Made by a program: the position numbers and the translations under genes
Assembly: GCA_964423405.1 (NCBI GenBank)
Contig: CAYREY010000003.1
Span: 81,326-145,325, forward strand
Source: an uncultured Chitinophaga sp.
GTDB taxonomy: Bacteria > Bacteroidota > Bacteroidia > Chitinophagales > LD1
Length of the DNA stretch: 64,000 bases
Direction: 5' to 3'
The notes under the pieces: generated by a model
What the model saw: the letters and a program-made list of their open reading frames with translations, nothing else
What the model was told of the DNA's origin: nothing
Databases searched by the model: none
Shown: piece after piece, positions 9,746 through 20,300 of the stretch
How positions within the stretch are numbered: the first letter of the stretch is position 1
Layout: each line of letters begins with the position of its first letter

Positions 9746-11101
9746 TCATTTGGCTTTCTGCATCTCATTCTCATTCAGCGTCATCTCTCTTCGTGTTTTA
9801 CCCGATCGCCCTATTATCTCAATCTTCATGTTCCGGTTACCCGGCTGCCCGCTAAACGATATACGGCCAAAATTCCGGTGCCCGTAATCAAACCCCGGCA
9901 CCCGGTTGCTGTTGCTGTACGCACCCAGCAGCCTGCGCGGCAGCGGCGGAAACGTAAGCGGCGAACAGGTAAAATCATACATCGGGTAGCCGTTCCACAT
10001 CCGCTTGCTTAACTCGCTGTAGTGTTTATCGCCGGTTAAAAACATCACCCCTTTTATATTGTTGGCTGCAATAAAATCAAGCAGTTCATTACGCTCGCGC
10101 GGATAATCGGCATACGATTCGCCAAAATTGTTATCGTTAATTACCTGTGTACCTATGGCTATAAACTTAAACGCAGCATCGCTCATCAGTAGTTTATTCT
10201 TCAGCCATATCAATTGTGTTTCGCCAAAAAACGGACCGGCCGTATCGCCCTCTGCCCCGCGGTGAAACCTACAATCCATCATAAAAAATTCGGCATCGTA
10301 ATAGCGGAAGTTAAAATAGTTGCCATTAAACTGCTCGCCTGCCGGGTAGGTATTGGGCCACATACCCTTAAATACTTTCAGCGATGAATCGCGTAACACA
10401 AAATTCTGGTTGCAGTTGTCAGGCCCAAAATCGTGATCATCCCATATAGCATAGTTGGGCTGTGTAGCCAGAAAGTCGCGGTACTTTTTGAATGTATGGC
10501 GCAGGCGCACGTTCAGGTTAAACATCCCATCGTAACTGCTGAAATCTTTTTTCAGATAATACACATCATCGCCCAGCCAAACCATAAAATCGCTCTTCTT
10601 CTTTTTCATGCGGTAAAAAATCCAGTCAGCCGCCCCTGGAAAACAGATGCGCCCTATACCCGCCATTTGCAACGCACACGAACCGGTAATAAAATTAAAG
10701 TCTTTCACAACCGTATCGGCCTGTGTGCGGAACGAGTACTTAGCCTGCGTACCCCAGCCATCAATCGATATAAGGATGTTATACAACCGGTCGGGTTTAA
10801 GCCCGGTAAAATCCATAGTAAGCGCCACATCACCCTTTTTATTGGTTATGTAGTTTACGTTGGTAGGGTAATACACTTTCTTATCGGCAGTGTCGCCAAG
10901 TATCAGGGCATTCTGCCCTTTGCCCCTAAAGGCAATCCATACCCGGGCCGAGTTTTTAGTTACAGAGCCCACCAACGGGCCGGCCAGCAGTTTGGGTTTA
11001 AGGGGCAATTGCGCATGGGCATAAACCACACCTATCAGCAGCAGTATCAGTACACCGTATTTTTTCACAGCGGCTAATGTATGAAATGTTGTAAAACCCA
11101 T
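9746..11101 (-). CDS. PhoD-like (alkaline phosphatase D family) metallophosphatase, secreted
   Basis: Metallophosphatase motifs are present: GDDVYY, WDDHDFGPDN and FLTGDKHYSEL. The signal-like N-terminus MGFTTFHTLAAVKKYGVLILLLIGVVYAHAQ starts at the ATG at 11101. The track ORF begins at a TTG at 11143. Confidence 0.75.
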   Translation of the reverse strand: MGFTTFHTLAAVKKYGVLILLLIGVVYAHAQLPLKPKLLAGPLVGSVTKNSARVWIAFRGKGQNALILGDTADKKVYYPTNVNYITNKKGDVALTMDFTGLKPDRLYNILISIDGWGTQAKYSFRTQADTVVKDFNFITGSCALQMAGIGRICFPGAADWIFYRMKKKKSDFMVWLGDDVYYLKKDFSSYDGMFNLNVRLRHTFKKYRDFLATQPNYAIWDDHDFGPDNCNQNFVLRDSSLKVFKGMWPNTYPAGEQFNGNYFNFRYYDAEFFMMDCRFHRGAEGDTAGPFFGETQLIWLKNKLLMSDAAFKFIAIGTQVINDNNFGESYADYPRERNELLDFIAANNIKGVMFLTGDKHYSELSKRMWNGYPMYDFTCSPLTFPPLPRRLLGAYSNSNRVPGFDYGHRNFGRISFSGQPGNRNMKIEIIGRSGKTRREMTLNENEMQKAK

Positions 11102-11149
11102 CGGGTTGTGCAAAGCGAAAATAAGGTTAATCCTTACCGGCAATTACTT

Positions 11150-11512
11150 TTACCATCGCCCCTCTTTTTTAAGCAGGCTGTAGGTATATAAGGCCCCCAA
11201 CAGATCTACTACTGCAAACAGTATAATTACCGGTTTTACAAAACCAGCCAGTGCAAACACCGAAAAGAATATGATGATAGTACTACGAATGTATACTGTT
11301 AGCTTAAAAAACAGGGCATTATCGTTTTTACCAAATACGATATAATACACCGATAAAGCTAACAACAACATTCCTCCTACCCGTACCCATACCTCATTGG
11401 TAGCCGGTAGCATTACTATACCCAACAATAAATTTGGGGCTATTAAAAGTACCAGGCCTAGTAGTGCCAGGTATATCCCAAAATAGTAAACACTTTTAGC
11501 TGCTGCACTCAT
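11150..11512 (-). CDS. Small integral membrane protein (about 4 TM helices), function unknown
   Basis: The 120-aa ORF has four hydrophobic stretches. It lies 41 nt downstream of the TPR-DUF2971 gene. Confidence 0.6.
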   Translation of the reverse strand: MSAAAKSVYYFGIYLALLGLVLLIAPNLLLGIVMLPATNEVWVRVGGMLLLALSVYYIVFGKNDNALFFKLTVYIRSTIIIFFSVFALAGFVKPVIILFAVVDLLGALYTYSLLKKEGRW

Positions 11513-11553
11513 AATTGTATGTTTTAAGTTGTGAATAAAAACTGCTTGTATAA

Positions 11554-13371
11554 CTATTGAAACTTACACTTGCTAACCTCCATTTTCATATCGTGGTGGT
11601 TTTGTTTCATCACTACATCCATATACATCCAGCGCTCAGGGTGCGGCACTTTAGGGCCCAGTACTATTTTGCTGATATGCGGCCTGGTGGTATTGGTAGA
11701 TTCTATATACAACCGGCGCGGTAGCTCAGTAGCATACCTATCTGTTTTTACAGCCTCCTCGTGTGGCATATAAAACTTTATAACCCGCAACTCTTTCTCA
11801 AACTGATAATCGGAGCTTTTAAAAAAATAACGCAGCTCAGATACATACCGGTATATAAACTTATTGATAGCCGTATTTTTAACCCCTGTATCGTTTACAT
11901 CATCGGCCGCCTTTAACTTAAGTAAAGCAGTAAGTTCCTGCTGCAGTTTGGCTATCTGCTCTGTTACATTATCAATCATTTCTTTATTACCATCAGCCAC
12001 CATCAGGCCCTTGCCTTTATCGTAATACAAAACATGGTACAACGCCTGCCGGTCGGTAGGGTCCACTTTACCAAACTGCATATCGGTATACAGGCCGGCG
12101 TCCTGCTTGTCAAAAAAATTCCGCCTCAATGTTATACTGCAACCGGCGGCTTCTTCTTTCAATTCGTTTTTGCCATACGTGCGCCACATTACCAGGTAAT
12201 CGGCTTTCTCTTCCGGTAAAAAACTACCCAGATAAATGTTGTTATCCTCTTGCCGGGTGCCACGTTCAAACGATGCCCTCATATCCGTATCCAGCAAAAA
12301 ATCAAGCAATACTTTCCCTTCCTCCGGATCGTTCATAAATACTACGTTGCTGTACCTCAGCCGTGCTTCGGCATTCATCACCATAATATCGGCAGTGCGT
12401 AACTGGGTGTAATGTACTACCGGTGCGGTGCCCTTATATACTATCAAACTACGTACACGCTCTACCCGCTCATTAATTACGGCACAGGCCTGGCGTATCT
12501 GCCTCTTCTCGTGCTCGGGCAATTCAGCTATAGCTTTCTCTACATAATTGGCCGAAAAACTGATATCCTCTTTGCTGGTGGTTACCGCTTCTCCGGAACG
12601 TGCCCGGGCTTCATCATACAGCTTTTTAAAATATTTCGAGTAAGGCGAGTACTTGTAGGCCAGTTCAAAATAGTGCAGGGCTGTTGTATGGTCGCCACGG
12701 CGGGCAAGTAATTGTGCTATGTGTGCATAGCCATGCGAGTAATCCGGACGTAGTTCTATTGCCTTTTTATAATCTTCTTTGGCAACATCCTGGCGCCCTA
12801 ACTCTTCGTAGGTAGCTCCGCGGTTCAGATAAGGCAGTGGGTAGCTGGCATCTAACCCAATGGCAGTACTGTAACAGTCCAGGGCTTTGTCGTATTGCTT
12901 AAGGTTATGGTAAGCCACGCCCAGGTTATTGTACGCATCTATATACGAAGGGTCCAGTTCTATCGATTTCAGGTAGTCTGCAATAGCAGCATTAAAATCG
13001 CCTTTACTATCATAAGCCACGCCCCGCCCGTTGTAGGTTTCTGCATCGCCGGAGTTTAACCTGATAGCCCGGGTATAATCTTCAATTGCTTTATCATACT
13101 CGCCTTTTTGCTCCCACACGCGTGCACGGTTATGGTAGGCATCCGATAAATCAGGTTTAATTTCAAGTGCTTTATTATAATCGGCTATTGCCCTGTCCAG
13201 CTGCTCAAAATTTTTATAGGCCAGGCCACGGCGCAGGTAAAATGACGGGTGCGGAAACTGTTTCAACAAGTCATCGGTCAACAGGTCTATTACTTCCTGA
13301 TTCTTGCCACTCAGAATCAACTCTAAACTTTTCTTATTTATCTCCTCTAGTGTAACGGGGGTATTATGCAT
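11554..13371 (-). CDS. TPR-repeat protein with a C-terminal DUF2971-like domain
   Basis: Residues ~30-250 form tandem 34-aa TPR units (AxxxYxxAIxLxPxxxxAYxNRG pattern). The C-terminal half carries DUF2971-like landmarks: VHYTQL...FMNDPEEG, IYLGSF..ADYLVMWRTYG, YHVLYYD and FFKSSDYQFEKELRVI. Confidence 0.7.
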   Translation of the reverse strand: MHNTPVTLEEINKKSLELILSGKNQEVIDLLTDDLLKQFPHPSFYLRRGLAYKNFEQLDRAIADYNKALEIKPDLSDAYHNRARVWEQKGEYDKAIEDYTRAIRLNSGDAETYNGRGVAYDSKGDFNAAIADYLKSIELDPSYIDAYNNLGVAYHNLKQYDKALDCYSTAIGLDASYPLPYLNRGATYEELGRQDVAKEDYKKAIELRPDYSHGYAHIAQLLARRGDHTTALHYFELAYKYSPYSKYFKKLYDEARARSGEAVTTSKEDISFSANYVEKAIAELPEHEKRQIRQACAVINERVERVRSLIVYKGTAPVVHYTQLRTADIMVMNAEARLRYSNVVFMNDPEEGKVLLDFLLDTDMRASFERGTRQEDNNIYLGSFLPEEKADYLVMWRTYGKNELKEEAAGCSITLRRNFFDKQDAGLYTDMQFGKVDPTDRQALYHVLYYDKGKGLMVADGNKEMIDNVTEQIAKLQQELTALLKLKAADDVNDTGVKNTAINKFIYRYVSELRYFFKSSDYQFEKELRVIKFYMPHEEAVKTDRYATELPRRLYIESTNTTRPHISKIVLGPKVPHPERWMYMDVVMKQNHHDMKMEVSKCKFQ

Positions 13372-13403
13372 AAACTAAAAGTACAAGGTTTTGCCTAATA
13401 CCA

Positions 13404-13411
13404 CAAAAATA
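13404..13411 (-). promoter_or_regulatory. Candidate -7 promoter box for the TPR-DUF2971 gene
   Basis: Minus-strand TATTTTTG matches TAnnTTTG. It lies 33 nt upstream of the ATG at 13371. Confidence 0.3.
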
Positions 13412-13431
13412 GCAGCCCCGGCAACATGGTT

Positions 13432-13833
13432 TCAGCTAAGCCACTTAGCAGCCACCACATACGTAATAGCCGATACCGAACCGGTAAGCACTATACCCCA
13501 TATAATATCTACCACTACCACTATCAGCGGCCATTGTTGTATGGTGGCCATGTTGGTAAGGTCGTAGGTGGCATAGCACATCAGGCCAAACAGGGCACCG
13601 TTTATAAGCGCCTTTTGCAGGCTGGCAGCCTCCAGGGCAGGGTTTACCGCAAAGTACAGTATGCCGGCTATATACAGCAGGTAAAATACAATAGCAGCCG
13701 GCCAGCGTACATCACCGGTAAATATAAAGGCAAGCTTTTCGCGGTAAAAGCTACGGGCCACCAGCCCCAGCCAAAGCATATCTATAGCAAAAAAGGCTAC
13801 GGTGGCAATCAGGTAAATCCATACTGTTTTCAT
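13432..13833 (-). CDS. DUF2177-like small membrane protein
   Basis: MKTVWIYLIATVAFFAIDMLWLGLVA... has four hydrophobic helices. The start is set at the ATG at 13833 rather than the track start at 13902. Confidence 0.6.
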   Translation of the reverse strand: MKTVWIYLIATVAFFAIDMLWLGLVARSFYREKLAFIFTGDVRWPAAIVFYLLYIAGILYFAVNPALEAASLQKALINGALFGLMCYATYDLTNMATIQQWPLIVVVVDIIWGIVLTGSVSAITYVVAAKWLS

Positions 13834-13899
13834 ATTTGGTTGGTGTTTGTTATAAATATACGCTATTACTAAAACAAACACAGGCCGGCGGTAGTTCGC

Positions 13900-13936
13900 C
13901 AAAACAAAACGGCCCCCGCTTATGCGGAGGCCGTTT
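13900..13936 (-). terminator. Rho-independent terminator ending the cargo-PorP-OmpA operon
   Basis: The minus-strand RNA reads AACGGCCUCCGC-auaa-GCGGGGGCCGUU followed by UUGUUUUG. It starts 22 nt after the OmpA stop. Confidence 0.7.
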
Positions 13937-13957
13937 ATATACTTAAGCTGCTACAGC

Positions 13958-16048
13958 TTATTTTTTCTTTTTACCGTAGGTAAAGCCGGGGCCGGTTTTT
14001 ACCTGTTTTACTACTTCGCCGTAGTTTTCTATTTCCGGTGCATCTTCTGGTTTGTCCGGTATCAGTTTAAACTCTACGCGGCGGTTGCGTGCGCGGCCTT
14101 CCGGATCGTCCTCACCGTTTGGCAGTTCGTTCGGAACAGCAGGTTGTTTCTCGCCAAATGTTTTAACCACTATGCGGTTTTCGGCTATACCTTTCTTTTT
14201 AATTAAGAAGGTTTTCACCTCATTGGCACGGCGCATCGAAAGAGCCTCGTTGTACTCATCGGTACCTTTGCTATCGGTGTGGCCCTGTATCTCAAGCGAG
14301 TAACCAGGGTTAGCGTTCAGCACGGTAACAACCGAGTCTATCTGGCCTTTGTAAAAATCAATCACGTTCGATTTATCGAAGGCAAAGTAAACATTAGGTA
14401 TGCGGATGTGGATACGGATAATCGGATCCAGGTAGAAAATCTTCTCAATAGTATCGCGCTCTTCTTCTTCGTCAATAGTCAGGTTATCGATAGATGGCCA
14501 GTAGCCTTCTTTGTTACCGTTTATTTTGTACGAAGTGCTGCGTTTAACAGGGAACAGGAATGGCTGTGCTGTGGTAATAGCGTTGCCTGAAAACTCAAAA
14601 TTGTTGCCAGCTACTTTGTACAGCGATGCATCTACACCGGTTACAGGTGTATTGGTAGGGTCGCCGCGTTTTACATAAATACCTTTCAGGGTAATGTCGC
14701 GTTGTACTATTACAGTCCATATATCATCGCAGCAGGTAGCACCACGTGGCGAGGTAGTACCTATACGGTTAGATACCATAAAGCCGCGGGCTGCTTTTTC
14801 GTCAAGCGCCAGGTAAAGGTCATCGGCCTGCGAGTTGATAGGCACACCGGCGTTAACCGCTTTGCTGGTCCAGTTGCCCGGGGTACCCGAAATTTTAAAT
14901 ACATCCAAACCACCAATAGATGGGTGGCCATCTGATGAGAAGTAAAGTACACCGTTCTTCTTATCGTAGAAAGGGGTCTGGTCGTCACCTACGCTGTTAA
15001 CTTCGTTACCCAGGTTAGTAGCGGGGCCAAAAGTACCATCGCTGTTCAGCTTGGCATACCATATATCCAGACCTTTGCTGCCGCTGCGGTTGCTGGTAAA
15101 GTAAAGTATGGTGTTGCCATCTTTATCTACACCAAAAGCAGGGTGGGTAGTGGTACCCAGTTCGCCATTCAGTTTTTTAAGTTCTTCTGCATCGCCCCAG
15201 GTAGTACCGTTTTTAACCGAGCGGTACAGGCGGCAGTTTACGCGGTTCTCATCTTCTTCTACCACACCACATTTGGTAAACACTATCGATTTCTCATCGG
15301 GTGAGTAAACGGCGTTACCGGTGTTGGTTTTGTCGTCGTTAGGTGGTACTGGCAGTGCGGTACGGTTGGTAAAGCTGTTGCCGGTTTTATCGGCGGTAAA
15401 AATAGAGGTAAAGTGGTTGTCTTTGCTGTTGGTCAGGTTTACCGCTGTATCGGTTTTCTGCGAGGTAAACAGTATGCCATTACCTTTAAGTGGTTTTGGC
15501 GAAAAATCCTGAATAGTGCTGTTCACCTGTCCTTCGGTTTTCTCTACCTTTATTTTGGTAGGAAACTTAGTGATTGCCATAGCAGAGTCTATACCTTCAA
15601 TCTCAATTTTAGCCAGGTTTTTGTAGCTGATATCCTTTTTGCCCAGTGGCGCCTTCAGGTAGCCTTCCAGCGTGGTTTTGGCATCGGCATAGCGGCCATT
15701 CATTTTTTGCATACGGCCCAGTTGAAACTGGTCGTTTACAAATGCCTCAGGGTCTTTAGCTATAACTAACTTGTAGTATTTTTCGGCAGCCTCATAGTCA
15801 CGTAGTTCGCGGTTTACATCGCCTAACAGGTGGGCTATATCAATTTTTTCAGGCTTTGCTTTGTAGGCATCTTCCAGGTACTGGGCTGCGTTATAAAAGC
15901 TACCCTGTTTTAACTGGGCGCGTGCTATCTTCAGTTTCTTGCGCCATTTCACCTTAGGATATTTCTCCACGTTTTTCAACTTGGAGCCGTCCTGCGCACC
16001 TGCAAACAGTATTATCGGAGTTAACAGGGCTAACAAAAAATACTTCAT
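13958..16048 (-). CDS. OmpA-family protein with TPR and TolB/PD40-like beta-propeller regions and a C-terminal OmpA peptidoglycan-binding domain
   Basis: The C-terminus is an OmpA/MotB domain (NVYFAFDKS...LEIQGHTDSKGTDEYNEALSMRRANEV...NRRVEFKL). The middle has PD40-like repeats (SPDEKSIVFT, LYFTSNRSG, LYFSSDG). It follows a PorP/SprF gene, which is a common Bacteroidota arrangement. Confidence 0.85.
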   Translation of the reverse strand: MKYFLLALLTPIILFAGAQDGSKLKNVEKYPKVKWRKKLKIARAQLKQGSFYNAAQYLEDAYKAKPEKIDIAHLLGDVNRELRDYEAAEKYYKLVIAKDPEAFVNDQFQLGRMQKMNGRYADAKTTLEGYLKAPLGKKDISYKNLAKIEIEGIDSAMAITKFPTKIKVEKTEGQVNSTIQDFSPKPLKGNGILFTSQKTDTAVNLTNSKDNHFTSIFTADKTGNSFTNRTALPVPPNDDKTNTGNAVYSPDEKSIVFTKCGVVEEDENRVNCRLYRSVKNGTTWGDAEELKKLNGELGTTTHPAFGVDKDGNTILYFTSNRSGSKGLDIWYAKLNSDGTFGPATNLGNEVNSVGDDQTPFYDKKNGVLYFSSDGHPSIGGLDVFKISGTPGNWTSKAVNAGVPINSQADDLYLALDEKAARGFMVSNRIGTTSPRGATCCDDIWTVIVQRDITLKGIYVKRGDPTNTPVTGVDASLYKVAGNNFEFSGNAITTAQPFLFPVKRSTSYKINGNKEGYWPSIDNLTIDEEEERDTIEKIFYLDPIIRIHIRIPNVYFAFDKSNVIDFYKGQIDSVVTVLNANPGYSLEIQGHTDSKGTDEYNEALSMRRANEVKTFLIKKKGIAENRIVVKTFGEKQPAVPNELPNGEDDPEGRARNRRVEFKLIPDKPEDAPEIENYGEVVKQVKTGPGFTYGKKKK

Positions 16049-16105
16049 AGTTTATGCTTAGTTTTCTGGGATTAAATAAATCGTAGTGGTCAGGGCTAAT
16101 ACTGA

Positions 16106-17158
16106 TTAATATCTTGGGTTAAACAGGTAGTTATCTTCTTTAGGCTGGAAAATATTACCAATGTAGCTCAGGGTAATTTCAAAGCCTTGCGGAAGCGGGC
16201 CACCTATGTTTTTGTGGTCTTTGTACTGGCGGCTCAGGTGCACATCGTATGCAAAGCCCGCACGGAAACCTTTGTACTCAAAACCAACTTTAGGTATCAG
16301 GGTGTACTGGTTGTTGATACGGTTCCATAAACCCAGGAACAGGGTAGCGCGTTTAGCCGGGTCTTTTATTACATGTATACCAGCAGTTAAACCAAAGTTG
16401 GTTTCGTTAGCTTTTTGCTGGTACATAAATAAGTAGCCTGGTATGAAAACGGCTTTGTCTTTGTATTCAAACTCAAAACCACCGTGCAGGGTGTGGCGGA
16501 AAGGCAAACGGTAGGTTTGTGTGCTGTTAGCCAGAAAATCCTGCTTGTAGTTGGTAGCGTTGTTAAATGCATAACCGGTGTAGAAACGCATACCGGTGTA
16601 GAAGTCGTATTTGAAGAATAAACCTGCGTTGAACACCCCTTTCATGCGGTTACCGCTGTTAAAGGTTTCGCCGTTGTAGCTGCTGTTGTAGCTCAGGTCC
16701 GAGTTAAAGCCATCGTTAAACTCAAATTTGCTGAAGTCCATTTTGGTCATAGCCAAACCGCCCTGCAAACCTAACCCTAACTGTATTTTGTTTTTAGGGC
16801 CAAAACCCATGTTATACGCTAACGAAACCAAAATCTGGTTCTGGTTAAAGGTTTTACCGTTCTGCTGGTCGTTAAAAAATACGATACCCACACCCAGTGC
16901 ACCTTTTTTAATTTTCTCGCGTAGAAGAGAAAGGTCTACACTGGCCGATGGTGTAGAAAACACCGGACGGTTGCTGCTAAGGCCGGGGAACTGGTTACGG
17001 TAAATACCCGTAATACGGTAAAACCCGTTAAAGTTACCGGTTAAAGCAGGGTTTAGTGTTAACGGAGAGGCATAAAACTGCGAAAAGTGAATGTCCTGAG
17101 CATTCGCTGTAAGCATACCTACCATTAAAGCTACGATTGCGTATAATCTAAACTTCAT
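16106..17158 (-). CDS. Type IX secretion system membrane protein, PorP/SprF family
   Basis: The hallmark N-terminal motif QDIHFSQFYASPLTLNPALTG follows the signal peptide MKFRLYAIVALMVGMLTANAQ. The remainder looks like a beta-barrel. An alternative upstream ATG lies at 17185. Confidence 0.85.
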   Translation of the reverse strand: MKFRLYAIVALMVGMLTANAQDIHFSQFYASPLTLNPALTGNFNGFYRITGIYRNQFPGLSSNRPVFSTPSASVDLSLLREKIKKGALGVGIVFFNDQQNGKTFNQNQILVSLAYNMGFGPKNKIQLGLGLQGGLAMTKMDFSKFEFNDGFNSDLSYNSSYNGETFNSGNRMKGVFNAGLFFKYDFYTGMRFYTGYAFNNATNYKQDFLANSTQTYRLPFRHTLHGGFEFEYKDKAVFIPGYLFMYQQKANETNFGLTAGIHVIKDPAKRATLFLGLWNRINNQYTLIPKVGFEYKGFRAGFAYDVHLSRQYKDHKNIGGPLPQGFEITLSYIGNIFQPKEDNYLFNPRY

Positions 17159-17201
17159 GTGATACTTGAATTTATTAGGGTTCAAAGAAAATATTTTTTT
17201 G

Positions 17202-17209
17202 CAAACCTA
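17202..17209 (-). promoter_or_regulatory. Candidate -7 promoter box upstream of the PorP/SprF gene
   Basis: Minus-strand TAGGTTTG matches TAnnTTTG. It lies 17 nt from the ATG at 17185 and 44 nt from the ATG at 17158. Confidence 0.3.
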
Positions 17210-17320
17210 CATGAATTTACCTTTTAAAAAACCGGATTTCAGTCATTTGTGTATAACTTATGCCTCTGCGTTTTAACAAGGTGTCTGCTTACATGCTTAC
17301 AGACTTTAATATTTTTTATA

Positions 17321-17352
17321 GCCTTGTACGTGGTATTTTCCACGCACAGGGC
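17321..17352 (-). terminator. Stem-loop after the 1670-aa cargo gene (possible partial terminator or processing site)
   Basis: The minus-strand RNA reads GCCCUGUGCGUGG-aaaaua-CCACGUACAAGGC, a 13-bp stem with one mismatch and one G-U pair. It starts 9 nt after the stop. No clean U-run follows. Confidence 0.35.
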
Positions 17353-17360
17353 TTTGTTTA

Positions 17361-20300
17361 TTAATGCAATAGCGTAAATGCGCCGGTCAGGTTGTAATCC
17401 ACATTTGCGTTCGGATTGTTCTGATCGGGGCCGGTAATAGTAATATAATAGAAGTAAGTGCCGGCCGGTTGCAGGGTACCGTTAAAGGTACCATCCCAAT
17501 AGCCTGTGCCATCATACACCAGCTGGCCCCAGCGGTTGTAAATACGGAATGCCGAAATGGTATAAACACCCTGTAGCGATGGCGGGAAATAAGGCCCGTA
17601 CACATCGTTGGCACCATCGCCGTTTGGCGAAAACGCGTTAGGCATTGGCGGAACACCCGGAGGTACTACCGACAGGCGAACACTATCGTAGGCCACACAA
17701 CCATACACCGCATCGGTTACCTGTACGGTGTAAGTAGTAGTAGTTTGTGCCGATTGTACATACGGCTGCTGCACGGTGGCATCCTGCAGGTAAGTGTTAG
17801 GGCTCCACAGGTAGGTAAAGTTGCTGTTGTAGCTAAACGAATCTACACTAAGCGTAGCATTGCGGCCCACAAATACCGTAGCAGTAGGTGGGTCGGCTAC
17901 AAAAGCATTAACAGTAAGGCAGCGGATAGTAACCTCTACCGACGCAGTACCGCTACACAGGTTATCGTCGGTTACAGTTACGGTGTACGTACCCGAAGTA
18001 TTTACACTGATAGTAGGGCTGGTTTGGTTATTGCTCCAGTTATAGCTACCGTTTACGGTAGGCAGCAGCAACACCGATGTATCGCAACCGCACACATTCT
18101 GGTCGGGGCCCAGGCTTACAACCGGTGCCGGTACACTGTACACAGTTACACTATCGTAGCTGGCACAGCCGTTATCGGTGGCTGTAAGGTAGTAGGTGCC
18201 TGCCGCTGTTACTATCAGCGTATCATCCAGCACACTACCCGGTGCCCATATATAATCTACACCCTGTACAGCATTTACATACAATACATTGTCCTGCCCT
18301 TCGCACACCGAATCCTGGTTAAGCAGTATTTCGGCTACCGGTGGCTGCGATATAATTACATGGGCTGTATCCAGCGAGTTTAACTTACATCCGTTACTGT
18401 CTATAGCTATGTACGAGTAGTAACCGGCTGTATTTACCGTAATGTTAGGCGTGGTAGAGCCGTTGCTCCACAGGTACGAGCTATAGCCCGGGTCGCCGGT
18501 AAGGGTAATAGCACCACCCACACAAGTACCGGTATCGCCCGATGGTGCTACCACCAGCGGGTTAAGGGTAAACTCGGTTACAACCACCGTATCCGAAGGT
18601 ATGTTACACACACCATCAAACACCCGCACATAGTAAGCCTGGCTAACGGCAGTTTGCCCGCCGGTAGTTATAGTAGGTGTTACTGCACCGGTGCTCCAGT
18701 TATACGACTGGTAAGGGCCACCGCTTGGCACAAGTGTTATCGAATCGTACGGACAAACAGCCGTATCGGCACCCAGTGTTACCGATGGGCGGCGCATGTA
18801 AATACGCAGGCTGTCATCGGCACGGCAACCATCCTGGTTAAAGGCAGTCACATAGTACACTGTTTCGGCTATTGGCCAGGCAAACGGGCTTTGTGCTGTG
18901 GTAGATGAAAGATTATTGGCAGGGCTCCACAGATAGCTTACACCATTACCGGTAAATACCAGTTGGGTAGTATCGCCGGGGCATATAGTATCGGGCTGTG
19001 CCGCAACACTGTAATTAAAGTTGCCGGTGCCTACCTGTATGGTATCGGTAGTTACACAACCATTGCTAAAGGTAGCAGTAACCACATAGGTAGTAGTAGT
19101 GGTAGGGTAAGCTTTAGGGTTCTGTACCGTGTCGCTCGATAGGCCCGTTGATGGGCTCCACTGCACACCGGTAAGCACATTACCTGCAGTTTGCGGTGTA
19201 AAGCGGAAAGCTACCGGGCTGCCTACCGTCCATGGCGAGGCATTGTAGCCCGCCGGGGTAAGGCCACTGGTACCGGTTGCGTTTTCTATACCCAGCGTAT
19301 TAACCTGCGCAGGGTTGGTTTGCGAGTTAACCAGTACTTCAATCAGGTTAGTGGTTTCATACAGGTGTATCTCACCATCTATGTTGCCGCCGTTACCAAA
19401 GTAAGCTACGTTTTTCCAGCGTATTACCTGTACACGGTTAGGGGCATTGCCTACCACAAAGTGGTCTATCGAGCCCCCATTGGTAGTGTTAAGGTCTTCC
19501 CAGCAAAGCGCCACCACGTTGTTAGGTGTAGCAGCATCGGGCAATTGCTGGCCCGAGCAACAGCCCGCACCCTGGCCGTTGGTAAACGATATAAATCCGT
19601 TGGTAGAGATATAGAAACTGGTAACGGTGTTGCAGTAAAATTCAAAGTTGAAAGGTATAGTAATTGCGTTGCTCACAATATCATCGCCGGTAGGGCCTGC
19701 ATTTACTGCACCGGTTGGTGTTATAGGCGAAAACGCAATGTTTGAAAGGTCGTAACCCTGTACACAGTATAACTGCGATGGGTGCAGCAACTGGGCATTC
19801 AGTTGTAAGGTATCGCCGTTGCAGAAAACAGTATCGTTGCCGGCACTGATTAATACAGCCGTATCTACATTCAGGCTAATGCTGGTATCGCCCTGGCAGG
19901 TGCCATCATCTACCAACAGGGTAAATGTCTCATCGCTAAACAGCGGGAACGTTACCGTACCTGCATTAGGCAGCACAGTTCCGTTGCTGCCGGTCCAGGT
20001 AAGGGTATAGTTGTTTAACGGCGCCTCGCACATAATAAAGCGGGTATCGGGGCGCTGGTCGCTTACCGTAGGGGTAGGCAGGTTACAGTTGCTCGATACA
20101 TCGTTATTAGCATACAACGATGCACCGGTAAATACAGTAGTAGTACCTACGGCATCGTAATCCGAACCCGACAACCAGGTGGCGTTATCGAAACATACTT
20201 CAACTATAAGGTTAGAGAAACCATCCCAGTTATAAGGTACATCCAGCGTGTGGGTGTTCCAGCCGGTGGTGTTTATAGTTATAATGGTATCGTTAAGTAC

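Noticed and set aside
10433-11077. A 214-aa plus-strand ORF antisense to the PhoD-like gene
   Set aside because: It has no motifs. The opposite strand carries the metallophosphatase signatures.
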